Assembly (NCBI RefSeq): GCF_009914755.1
Contig: NC_060930.1
Source of the DNA: the human T2T-CHM13v2.0 reference genome, Homo sapiens
Direction: 5' to 3' (one strand)
Length of the DNA stretch: 64,000 nucleotides
How positions within the stretch are numbered: position 1 is the first letter of the stretch; each line of letters starts with the position of its first letter. The notes under the pieces were generated by a model, which saw only the letters and a program-made list of their open reading frames with translations, was not told the origin of the DNA and searched no databases. This document shows positions 43,145 through 58,180 of this stretch, piece after piece. A program made the translations under genes and the position numbers.

Positions 43145-43264
43145 TTGGAGGGGTAATACACAAAAACAAAGGCATATTTGATGAAGTACCCTGTGTTATG
43201 TGAACACAATTTCCCCTTCTGTTAAGACTATAAACTATATGAGTATGTGTACTGCATGTTTACA
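43145..43264 (+). repeat. Copy B of a diverged ~115-nt duplicated 3' UTR module
   Basis: See copy A at 41106-41216. Confidence 0.85.
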
Positions 43265-43829
43265 TAAAACAGTTTAATTTTGAAGGATTATTTTAAAAAC
43301 TATGTTTATATATAATACCTAACAAGCTGTAAATATTGTATATTATTGATTTTTAATTTTATATAAGCAATTTTTTATTTCCCAATTCATGTACAAATCT
43401 CATTATGTATATAGCATAATTTCCTGGAGAACACAAATTTTGCAGTGAATTTTAAGTAATTTTAATTGCAGTAAGCATCAGTTTAGCCTAGAGATGTTGA
43501 TCTTTATTTTAAATTATTTTTCACCATTCTCATTTTCTTCAAAGGGCAGCAATAAACATATGCAAGTTATTTTTAATTATAGAAAGTAGGTCTACAAAGA
43601 TAAGATCTAGGTTCCAATTCATTGCTTTAAGGAAAAGATGCACAATTACTATCATTCAGTGTCTAATCACAGGACCATTTCTGAGGTCCACATGTGGCTC
43701 TCCTCTTTGTAATATACAGGGTGAACTCTTTACTGATACACACAAGACAACTGTTAAAAAGTGAATCCAGCACTTAAATGTCATTACACAGAATTTATTG
43801 GATTAAAAATTTGTAATATACAGTATTTT

Positions 43830-43874
43830 AATAAAGTTTCTGTATTCAATTTCATGCACTTATATATAAATAAA
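43830..43874 (+). terminator. Distal polyadenylation signals (AATAAA at 43830-43835 and 43869-43874)
   Basis: Two canonical hexamers, upstream TGTA elements (43708, 43812) and downstream G/T-rich sequence (ttatggggtgtttgactcttgg). Confidence 0.7.
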
Positions 43875-44031
43875 CCTGTCTTTGAAAGCTTTATGGGGTG
43901 TTTGACTCTTGGTGATAAATCTTTTCAATTCATTCACTATGGACTCAAATGTCTTCTCTTGCCTTTTTGTCAATTTTTCTGGCCCTGTTTTACCTACAGA
44001 TTTAGGAGTTAGTGCTTAAAAGCTGAGAGGC

Positions 44032-44240
44032 GACCAGCTTGGCCAACGTGGTGAAACCCGTCTCTACTAAAATACAAAAAAATTAGCTGGACGCTGTGGT
44101 GTGTGGCTGTAGTCCCAGCTACTTGGGAGGCTGAGCCTGGGAAATCACGGGAGGCGGAGGTTTCAGTGAGCCAAAAACGTGCCACTGCACTCCAGCCTGG
44201 GCGACAGAGTGAGACTCTGTCTCAGAAAAAAAAAAAAAAA
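44032..44240 (+). mobile_element. 5'-truncated AluS
   Basis: TSD aaaagctgagaggc (44018-44031) / aaaaggtgcgaggc (44241-44254). Confidence 0.88.
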
Positions 44241-44359
44241 AAAAGGTGCGAGGCATAAAGTCTGGTTAATAGACTTGCCTAGGATCAATCCTGGGCCACA
44301 TAGCATCTACTTCTGAGTTACCGTTTAAAGAAACATGCTATCAATTTTATTAATAAGGA

Positions 44360-44530
44360 GCTACCATTTGTTGAGTGCTTCTTATCTGTTAAAGACACTT
44401 CCTATGTATTCTTTAACACTTAAGGTAACCCTTCAAGTGATATGTTTTATCGCCGTTTTATAGATGAAGCATTTGAAGTTAAGAGAAGGTAGGAATCTGC
44501 TCAAGGCCACAGAGCTAATAATTGCCGGGC
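44360..44530 (-). mobile_element. MIR
   Basis: ccatttgttgagtgc...ttttatagatgaag...gctcaaggccacagagcta. Confidence 0.65.
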
Positions 44531-45229
44531 TGGGGTTTTCTTGCTCGATTACCTGCTTCCCCCAACATAACTATGTTGTGTTGGTGTCTACAGAGTATTT
44601 TGGGAACTCTTACCTGTAATGAGATAATATCTCATTACTGTAAAAAACCAGATGAAATTATGTGGTCTTGAAAAATTATCAACCGAGGATTTGAATTGTC
44701 AAATTTATGCATATTTTGAATGTTTGGGATTTCTCAGGGAAGTGCTAAGTACCCAACTAGATTCAACTGCTATCTTGCCTGTGAAGAGATTGGAGCTGAC
44801 AGAGCCAGTCACTATAAATGTTTCAAATCTTGCTGGAATGAAAACTAGCTTCACTTTAAACATTGCGCAAGCATAATGGAAGTAAACGTTTTTTCACATA
44901 CACTGACCTACTCATTCCACGTAATTACTCCGTGGAAATATATTTTCTTCTTCCTTGGTAATTTTTTTTATTCATTCACACTAATCATAAAATTATTCAA
45001 TACATTTTCTCCCTGGCCATGAATGTTAACATCTTGGACAAAATATAAATCTTGAGATCCCAAAAAAGTTTTCTATTTTAGTTCTAGTATCTTTTTTGGC
45101 CCTTGAAGTAATATTTTTGTAATTTAAAAAAATAAGTCAGTTTTCTTTGGGCATTTTGTTATTTGCAGAGCATTCAAATAAGACATTAAATTTCGGATTT
45201 ACTTATTTCAGATTTAATGAGTGATTGAT

Positions 45230-45371
45230 GAGATCTGACTCTGTTGCCCAGCCTGGAGTGCAGTGGTGTAATTAGCTCACTGCAGCCTTGACCTCCTGGG
45301 TTCAAGTGATCCTCCCTCTTCAGCCTCCCCAGTAGCTAGGAATACAGATGTGCACCACCATGCCTGGCTAG
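45230..45371 (-). mobile_element. FRAM monomer
   Basis: Single arm; flanking repeat taaatttc(g/a)gattta at 45187 and 45372. Confidence 0.8.
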
Positions 45372-45564
45372 TAAATTTCAGATTTATCACCACCTACATT
45401 GGACAAAACTACAGGGAAAGGTAATTAGAAGAAAGACGCTTTAGTCTTAAACTGAGCCTTGTGTTTACCATTATGAATGAGTCCTAGTCAGGCTTGTGGA
45501 GAAACATTTCAGATTTACTGAATACATCCTTACACCATCTGTGTTTTGCAGTTGAACCTTTATT

Positions 45565-45692
45565 ATTTTGTTTTTGAGAGTGGATCGCTCACTGTGTTGC
45601 CCAGGTTGGTCTCGAACTCCTGGGCCTAAGCAGTCCTTCTCCTTAGCCCCTTGAGTAGCCGGGATTACAGGTGTGTGCCACCATGCCTGGCT
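45565..45692 (-). mobile_element. FLAM monomer
   Basis: Single arm; flanks aacctttatta / aacccttatta. Confidence 0.8.
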
Positions 45693-46379
45693 TCAAACCC
45701 TTATTAGCTCATAAAATACTACATCAAGCTTCTGGGTGCAGAGGGGAAAGTAAACAGGATCCATGGCACCCACTCTTTGAGGACTAAAAATTGGGTTTGC
45801 CTCTAGCTTCCAAATGGAAACTTAGGAATCTATCCTGTCTGCTCTTAATTTTCTATGATTCATTGTCACTAGGCATTCTTCTTTTGGACAATTTTATGAA
45901 TATTTTTCAGGCTCAGAAAGTTCTGGGGACTGATTTGCAAAATGTAATTGCATCAGGTGGTTTTCTTGTAAAGCAAGAGTTCCGTCACTAGATGGTGCAG
46001 TGGTTCTATTTTATTTTTCTCCTTGCTTTTGCCTTGGACATTACCTATGAACTGAAATTAACTGATTGTTACTTTTGGATTCATTTCCATATGATACATT
46101 TAATGTTTTTTTTCCAAAAGAAATGCACACCAGAAAATTAAATATGAGAAAAATTAAGGTTTCTTCATGTCATCACTAGCCAATGTAACTTTCCAAAGAA
46201 TTATTAAGATAGGTTGTTTGCAAATTAGAAACAACCTATCAGGATTGTTTGCAAATTAGAAAATCACTTTAGTTTATGATTTTTGTAAGTCATTAATCTA
46301 GACTTTGATTTATATATTTTTCTTAAATTCCAACTCAATGCATAATGGTTTTATCTAATTTATTTATTTTACCTAGTGT

Positions 46380-46501
46380 ATTTTATTTATTATTTAGAGA
46401 GAGTCACACTGTGTTTGGTGCCCAGGCTGGTCTCCGACTCCTAGCCTCAAGCAATCCTCCTGCCTCAGCCTCTCAAATAGCTAGGATTACAGATGCAAGC
46501 C
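46380..46501 (-). mobile_element. FLAM monomer
   Basis: gcccaggctggtctcc...ctcaagcaatcctcctgcctcagcc. Confidence 0.75.
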
Positions 46502-47384
46502 TTGATATCTTAGTATCTAATTTAGTAGTCTACGCTTTCTTAGTGACATTTAGTTATACAGTTGGTCAACTTGGGGTTACGCACACATAGTGCAATCTGC
46601 CTTGTGTCATGAGACTCGGTTTTAAATTCCTGCTCTACCACTTAGTAATTGAACTTGTCCAAGTCATTTAACTTCTGCAACAGTCAGTTCTCACATTAGT
46701 AAAATGGAATGACATCTCATGTTGCACGCAGTGAGTGCTTAGAAAATAACCTTTGTCCCATTGCCCTCTTTCAATGTATTGTCTGCACATAGAGGGATGA
46801 TGTCCTTCCAGCCTTTGCTAGAAGTTTTGGTAATAAGTTCAGGCACTTCTGTTTCAAAGACAGAGCCAGATTCTGTCCTGACAGAGAACAGTGCATTTTT
46901 AGGGAGGATTTGTTTTAGATTTAAACTGTCCCGTTGAACCCCGCACTGCTTTTGCAACAAAGCCTGCTGAGGGAAATTTTAGAAACATACCTCAGTGGGA
47001 AAGAGCCTAGTTAGAAAGCAGGATGAATAAACTTGCTCAGCTAGCAAATTCCTCGCATTCTCTAAACCAAATATGTACAAGATGAGGAAGCCAAGGCGGC
47101 CAGCATAAATGAATCCTGAAAGATGGCCGGGACTTGCCCATCAGCTGTGCACATAGTCACCAACCACTGCAGATCCTGTTGCTAATGAGCTGCTCTGCTT
47201 TGTTTACTATGCTACAGAGACAAACTATTTAGTTCAAACTCAGAGAGGGAGGGTTGGTCTTTTCAGCTCCAGAGTTCTGGTTGTAAAAGCGCGAGTTTTG
47301 TTTTCCCATAGTGTGGCCTACAGCAGCCATGGGGACACACGTGCCCCTGCACTCAGGGTCTTCAATCAGGACTGAACTTCAGAC

Positions 47385-47697
<313 letters not shown>

Positions 47698-47871
47698 TCA
47701 TAAAACTACACTTGGCTTACTTTTCGTGGGAATTGGTGTTGGTGGGTGACTCCAAAATGTGTTAAAAGAAGATGCTTGTGCTATCTTTGATGTGGAAAAT
47801 AGGAGAAGGTACAGAGATGAGTGGGAGATGTAGGGTTGAGGAAACTACAATTTTGAGAGACTCATGACTTT

Positions 47872-48478
47872 TTTTTTTTCTTTAAGTTCCGGGATACATG
47901 TGCAGAACGTGCATGTTTGTTACATAGGTATACGTGTGCCATGGTGGTTTGCTGCACCTATTTATTCATCCTCTAGATTCCCTTCCCTTGCCCCCCACCC
48001 ACCAGCAGGTCCTGGTGTATGTCGTTCCCCTCCCTGTGTCCATGTGTTCTCATTATTCAACTCCCACTTATGAGTGAGAACATGTGGTGTTTGGGTTTCT
48101 GTTCCTGTGTTACTTTGCTGTGGGTGATGGCTTCCAGCTTCATCATGTCCCTGCAAAGGACATGATCTCATTCCTTTTTATGGCTGCATAGTATTCCATG
48201 GTGTATATGTACCACATTTTCTTTATCCAGTCTATCATTGATGGGCATTTGGGTTGGTTCCATGTCTTTGCTATTGTAAATAGTGCTGCAGTAAACATAT
48301 GTGCATGTGTCTTTATAGTAGAATGATTTATATTTCTTTGGATATATACCCAGTATTGGGATTGCTGGGTCAAATGGTATTTCTGGTTCTAGATCCTTGA
48401 GGAATCACCACACTGTCTTCCACAATGGTGGAACTAATTTACATTCCCATCAATAGCGTAAAAGCATTTCTATTTCTT
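47872..48478 (-). mobile_element. L1PA (about L1PA7-8) 5'-truncated copy
   Basis: Antisense 3' UTR and ORF2 end (KMWYIYTMEYYAAIKRNE); TSD gagactcatgacttt (47857-47871) / gagactcgtgacttt (48479-48493). Confidence 0.93.
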
Positions 48479-49079
48479 GAGACTCGTGACTTTTGAAAGC
48501 CCTGTGCATGTTACCTGAGAGGGGATGATATGAGACCTGGGTCTTCTCCCAGGTTCTGACCCTTTGTGCCCATGAGACCTCACATTAGACTTAATCTCTC
48601 TATGCCAATTTCTTCTTCAGTAAACCTGAAAACACATCAACTCTTTTTGCTTTCTCGTAAATGCAAGTTGAAACTTTTAACAGGACAGCATCAGTATAGA
48701 CCTGTTATTCTCAGACTTTCCTAGGCCAGGACCAGTTTGGCTCCAAGCGTTTGACACTTAACATGTCCATGTAGTTCTGAGCCTTAGTCTACGTCCAGAT
48801 TCATTTGAAACTTGTTTAACTTGGAGGATTTTTTGCAAGGTGAACGAGAAGGGAAGAAAATTTCAAATCTAAACTCTAACTTCTGTTTTTTTTTCCCTTT
48901 TTTGCAATTCAACAAGGCAGAGGTATTATTCCAATTTTGCTGATCCAGAAACTGAGGCATACAGGTTACATGTCTTGGCCAACATCATACACAAACATAT
49001 GTGTTCATATATGCACATGCAAGAATATATACACACACAGTGTCTTGATCTAAATTCAGCTTTTCACATAACTTCTGGC

Positions 49080-49411
<332 letters not shown>

Positions 49412-51147
49412 TAAAGCCTATATTACTGATAGGGTCATCATTGTAATAATGTTGGAATTCAACTTTTACTCTCAAACCATTTTCACATCTATAATGTCAT
49501 TTTGTCCTCACAATCTGTTCTTATTTGAGGGAAAGGTAAAATGCTTTTAATAAATGAAGAAAGCCATTTACTTGGTTAAACAAAGGTCTCTTATGGGACC
49601 TGGACAGCTGTTTGAACAGATGTGCATGTGAAGAGCAGAACAGAGGTGGCCATAGCAGCCTAATTGCCTGGACTCAGGTAATCCCTAGAGGCCCAAAGGG
49701 ATCCCCTTGGAAACTGGTCACTTCCTGGGTAACCCATGACTAGCTCATTTTCCTGCCACAAGGCTTTGGCTTATGACTTTTAAGAGACAGGACGTACAAA
49801 GGCCCAAATGTTCACTTGAGATCTTATTGAGGGGTTAAGTCCCGTTTGCTTCCATCAGGAATACCTTGTGAGGGAGCTCTTCAGTCATAAGAGTTACACA
49901 CCCAGGTCACTCGAATGCTGATAGGATACAACTGCCACAATGCTTCATTAATATTTTTCAACTTTTACTTTAACTAAGCAGACTATTTCTGTCACAAATA
50001 AAGCAGCATGCTTCTCAGACTCTTGTTCCACCTTAACTAGTTCAATGCACACCACCAATTATCTGGACAGGAAAAGTTGCCAAATCAAAGCAAAATATGA
50101 AGGCCCGCTGGACATTTTGAGTTCAAAAAGGATGAAAGAAAACAGTACTTTTGGGATTATTGATATGGGAAGCTGTGTTTTCGAGACTGCTGTAGACTGG
50201 AGTCTGAAGTATATCCGGAGTAGTTTTGTTGGTTGTGATGGGAAAAATGAACAGTGTGCTGATTAACCTCCGAATCAGGATTAGGTCAAAACACCCCTAC
50301 TCATGACATCAGGAATCTGTTTGTGTGATGTTAGAGACTGTATTGGGGAAACTATTTGAAAAGATTGAACCAAAAGTTAGATTAAAATCATGTCCATAAA
50401 TAAAGACTAGCTCAACCTTATGTCACCTTCACAATGGAAGAGACAAGAGGTAGAGATAAATTGGCAAATATCCCCAAAATAATTTTTGTTTGATGTTGAA
50501 ACTTGTATCACTTTACAAGCGTCACTTTCTATTTTAAAGCATTTCTATCTGAAATGTATGCAACTTTGTCTTTACCATCTCTGGAAGGGGGCAGAGGTGG
50601 TCAAGTGTCAAAGGATTTCTTCACATGTGGTGTAGGTGGAGAATTAAGACAGGAATAATGTAGATAATGTGTGTGTGTGTGTGTTTCTTTAAAGAACTGT
50701 CCCAAAAGTTAACAAAATAAGCCCTTGAAATAGGTTCTGTCATGAAAGCAGGGCTTTTTCATAAGAGAAAATGAGGACGATCAGGCTGAAAATAACTAAG
50801 AATTGGTTTATTCTTACATATCCATTCAGCATTTTTAATTCTGGAAAGTATCAGACATCAACTTGAGAAATGCCTCAGATCATTTGGTAGGATTCCAGTT
50901 TTATGATGCACATCTCAAAGAATCCTATGATTATCTTGGCTGTTACTAATCCAGTCTGGTATTCGTAACAGCTTTTGTTCAAAACTATCAAAAATTCTAG
51001 CTTTTAATACAGTAATAAATTTGGTAAAATAAAGCCTGATCTCTCTCTCTCCTCTCTCTCAAATTTTCCAATCTTCCCACTTTGTTAGCCACAATGACAA
51101 ATGGGTCAGACTAAATGTAAATAGCATTTATTAAGAGTGTTCTAAAG

Positions 51148-51802
<655 letters not shown>

Positions 51803-51833
51803 TTCTAAAGAACACTAACTGGGAGAGGCTCTT

Positions 51834-52138
<305 letters not shown>

Positions 52139-52457
52139 ACCCGGGAGAGGCTCTTAAGAGAAAGAATTCCCTGGCCAAGGAATTCAAATAAGCTGGATAA
52201 AACTTGCCTTCTGTATTCCTGTCTTAGAGATTCACAATTCCCACGTGTATATTGAAGACCATGGAAAGCTCTGAGTTATAATCCTATTTGGCTCTGTTTA
52301 ATTTCCATAAATACTCTTTTAACAAATCAACATCAGTAGGAGGAATGTCCCTAGTTGATTCTGTGGTCTTCCAGGAAGCGCTTGCAAGCATATTTTTAAA
52401 GTTCTTCCTGGTCCCCATCCCAAAGGTCTCTGGCCCATCACACTACACCTGAGCTAG

Positions 52458-52808
<351 letters not shown>

Positions 52809-53089
52809 TAGCCTGCCAATATTTACTGACCTGATTTCTCATCCTCTGCCTGGCCCCTGGGCTCCAAACCCTTCCCGGCCCTATGATGTCATGTTTGGCA
52901 GATTTCTGTCTGGAATTTCCTAACTTGGGTGTCCTTCTGGGGCTTCCCAGACCCAAAACCCAAGGCTGGCACTCGCTACCCATGGCCCAGGTAGTCTATG
53001 AATGTGGTACCCTCATATAAAACCCAAGTTTGCAACTGGCAAATGTCAAATGAGAGGTCTGGGCCGAATGTCACAGGGTTCCACGGAAG

Positions 53090-53420
53090 GGAGCAGCTGC
53101 AGGGGTCTGGGAAGGTCAGGGACAGCTTCACAGATGACTTGGCAATGGGACAGGCTTCAAGCTATGAGTTTCTGAAGGCAGAAGTGGTGGCTTATCATGA
53201 AGAGGGAACATCCAGATGTGGACACTCAGGTGAAAGAGCACCAGAAACCCACACACTGGGGGTCAGAGTATGTGGAGGGAGTTATGAAAAAGTGAGGCCA
53301 CAGTGGGAAGCAGTGGGAGGCAGGACTGAGAGGTAAGCAGGTGCCAGCCCAGAGCCCTGAACTCCAGGAGAAAGGGCTGGAATTGTATCTTACAGGCAGT
53401 TGAAACTTTTTGAAAAAGAA
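53090..53420 (-). mobile_element. L2 fragment
   Basis: ggaaggtcagggacagcttcacaga...gagggaaca...ggaattgtatct. Confidence 0.55.
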
Positions 53421-53519
53421 AAGTGTACCTCCATCTGAAATTAGAGGGCAGGCAAGGAATGGGGTACAGTTGTTGGTTCTAACATTGTTTTAGTGTCTGC
53501 TTTTTAGACCCAGTGGGAA

Positions 53520-53730
53520 AGAATGAGGGATTTCCAGTCAGAATCTTCTATCGAATTCCACCTTTGCCACTTAGGAGCTGAATCATCTTAGGAACGACTT
53601 CATCTCATTGAGTCTCAGTTTCCTCACTGAAGTGATTTCAAAGCTACCTCATCAGGTTGTCTTGAGGCTTAAAGCTTGTAAAGTAACGGTGGTGCTGGGA
53701 CAGAGCCAGTCTATAGACATACTTAAGTGG
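53520..53730 (+). mobile_element. MIR
   Basis: tgccacttaggagctg...gagtctcagtttcctca...ggttgtcttgagg. Confidence 0.65.
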
Positions 53731-53894
53731 TGCGCTAGCAGACCATTCTAATCGACATCATTCCCCTCGACACTGGCAGGCACGCTGTCTGGTCAAATGC
53801 CTGCCTTTTCTGGAATCCCTGAACCTCGCTGTTCTGTTTGCCTGCAATAGAGAGGGTGCTGTTGCAAAAGTTTTACTCCTTTTACAATTTTCAT

Positions 53895-54189
53895 TCATGT
53901 TTTTTGAGACAGGGTCTCCCTCTGTCACCAGGCTGGAGTGCAGTGGCACAGTCACAGCTCACGGCAGCCGCGACCTCCAGGGCTCAGGTGATCCTCCTTG
54001 CCTTAGCCCCCAGAGTAGCTGGGAGGACAGATGCACACTGCCACACCTGGCTAATTTTTAAATGTTTTGTAGAGACGGAGTCTCATTCTGTTGCTCAAGC
54101 TGGTCTCAAAACTCCTGCGTTCGAGCGATCCTTCTGCCTTGGCCTCCCAAAGTGCTGGGATTACAGGTGTGAGCCACCAGTCCCGGCCC
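53895..54189 (-). mobile_element. AluJ
   Basis: Diverged antisense dimer. Confidence 0.9.
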
Positions 54190-55739
54190 ATTTCTCCTTC
54201 TTAATCTGAACTGCTGGTAGCTGTTGATTTGAGACCCTCACCGGCACATTATTCTTCATTAGCATTAAGGTTAACTGCCGTCAACAGGCAGAAGCAGCCA
54301 CCTGGGCTGGCTCTTGAGTAAGACTTCTTGAAACCCAATCTGCCTAATTACCTCCTGTGCAAAAAGGCAGGTCAAAAGGAGGTGAAACCAATTGACCTCA
54401 ACATGGCAGGTTTTGCCTAGAGCCTGAAACAAGAATTCCCTTTGTAGCTTCTCTTTTTCTTCTTTTTAAAGTTCATTAACTGTGGGAGAGACTGCCTGAT
54501 GGGAATTCTCCTTAATGTTTCTTATCTGGGCACAAGTCGAGGCCCAAGGCATTACAGATAAGTAAAAGTAAACTCTTATGTATTGAGAATTTGAAACTAC
54601 AAAACACAAGTAGTTATTACAAGCCAAACATTTATTTATGTCCTTTGGTCTATTAGTTCTATCCTTATCCGATCTCTTGTATAAAGTTAATTTTCACCAC
54701 CCAGTCCCCTGGCCCCTGCCATGCCCATCCCAGCCTCTCTCTGGACCGAAGGCACTGTTTTGCTTTCTTTTCATTGGTGGCTCCTCCATCACATGTCCAT
54801 GGGGGTTCTGGCCTCTGAACCTGCTCCTGGACCTTTCACCTTCCCCAGGCACCACACCCAGCATGGCGGCCTTCTGCAGGCGAGGCTGCACCTGGACTGG
54901 GTTCCTGGGAAAGATTTGAGTAGGTTCTGAGTCACGAGGGAAGAAGCCAATGGAGACAGAAGGAAAGTGAGAGAGAGAGAAGAGTGGGAGAGATTGACTG
55001 TTGGGGTGAAGTCTCAAAGCAGAGACGAGGGGAGGAGATAGGGGAGGAAAGATAGGGGAGGAAAGCCTGGCCCTGATGGGACATCTATTCAATGGCGTGT
55101 TCCAGTGACATGAAGCAAAGGGGATGAGACTGAGCGTGGCTGAGGACAGGTAAGTGGTATTGATACAATACCAATGTTCCATTATTACAAAACGACTACA
55201 CACACTCACACACACCCCACGTACTCACAGTGGAGAGCGGCCCTGGCCCCTGCCCCTGCCCAAGTGAGAGCGCTGGGGACAAGACACGCTCCTGCTCTTG
55301 GTTTACAGACTTGCTGTCAGTTTCCTGGTGTGGCTGTGAGTTATGCTTTTTTTTTTTTTTCCTATGAGTACTGGGGTAATTTTCATAAAGAGCATTTCTA
55401 GTCCTACATTTTAATTCTCATTTTTCCCAGAAGCCCAAATCTGGCTAAGATATTTAAAGGCTGTATTTTACCCCTGGAACTTCCTCTGATCACCTGCACT
55501 TATAATAAAATCTCAGCTCCTTCACACCAACTTGGTATCTTCAGGACAGGGATTGCCTTATTGGATTTATAGGGATGTGTCTAGAGGCTTTAGGCCAAGA
55601 AGCAAACTAAAAATATCTAGATCAATTAATAATATATGGAGCAAATAATTTGTTCTTATAAATTGGTGGGAAGGTTCTCATGAATTAGCTGTGAGTAAAA
55701 CATTTTTCTTTGTTGTATTAAAAACGTTAAATAGCTTAC

Positions 55740-56090
55740 TCTGCACTAAGACTTTTGGGATACATTATAACCATATTTTATAAACTGTAGATTAGATAAC
55801 AGTATTGTCTCAATGCTATATTTCCTGAATTTGATAACTATACTGTGGTTATGTAGGAGGATACCCTTGTTCTCAGGCAAACACTGGTATATTCAGCAGT
55901 GAAGAGGAATGATGTATGTAATCTACTCCTGAATGCTTTAGGGGAATAAAAATATCTACCTATGTATCTATCTATAGAAAATAATTAGCCAAATGTAGCC
56001 CAATGTTGACACCTGGGTAAAGAGGATATGAGAGTTCTTTGTATTATTTCAGCAACTTTTCTGTATCTTTCAAATTATTTCAAATAAAAA
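55740..56090 (+). mobile_element. L1MC-type 3' end
   Basis: tttcctgaatttgataactatactgtggttatgtagg...gcaacttttctgta...ttcaaataaaa. Confidence 0.7.
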
Positions 56091-56751
56091 CAAAATATCT
56101 AAGTGTATACACACATATATTTATAGCACACATATATAGAATGGCTTTTAAAGTATATTTATAGAAATTATATATATATTTATAATACACAAGGTAATAT
56201 ATCCAAAGTTTGAATTTAACCTTAGATTGAGTTAGCTCCAGCTGGCGTTTACAGTCAAAAAGCTGAGGGAGGCGGGTGATTCTAGTTTGGAGTTTATTTG
56301 AAATCTGCAGTATGTATTGGGGTGGCTGCCTCCTCACCAGGCCTGCCTTGTCAGGAAATGCGGGAGCCTTGAGAGAGACCCCCTGAGTTTCCCATGGGGA
56401 GCTGAAGTTTGGTTCCTGCCTCTCACTGTGCATGGGTAAGAACGACGTCATGGGGTGGGAACAAGTGAGAGCCCCTTTCCCTTCCTCTGCAAAATGCAAG
56501 CTAAAGCAGCTTATCTGCAATTGCCAGAGACAACCACTAGGTTATTTTTACATGAAAACTCCTTTGTCAACAAGTCTTCAGAACCTTGGAATTCAAATGA
56601 GTGAACTCATAATATAAAAGGCATCTGAAAAGGTATCAGCTTGCGGCTCCTGGTAAGTCAGGGAGTGCTCTGCAGTAGACCAAGAGTTAAGATGTGGAGA
56701 TTCTTTTTTTTTTTTCTTTTTCTTTTTTTTTTTTTTAAAGCCTTTTTTCAC

Positions 56752-58180
<1,429 letters not shown>

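Noticed and set aside
55147-55155. Perfect splice donor CAG|GTAAGT suggesting a lncRNA exon
   Set aside because: A single 9-mer is plausible by chance in 64 kb, and I could not identify a matching acceptor or promoter.
54694-55215. Longest ORF in the track (173 aa, minus strand)
   Set aside because: Low-complexity translation of a purine-rich, probably old LTR-derived stretch; no domain or exon support.
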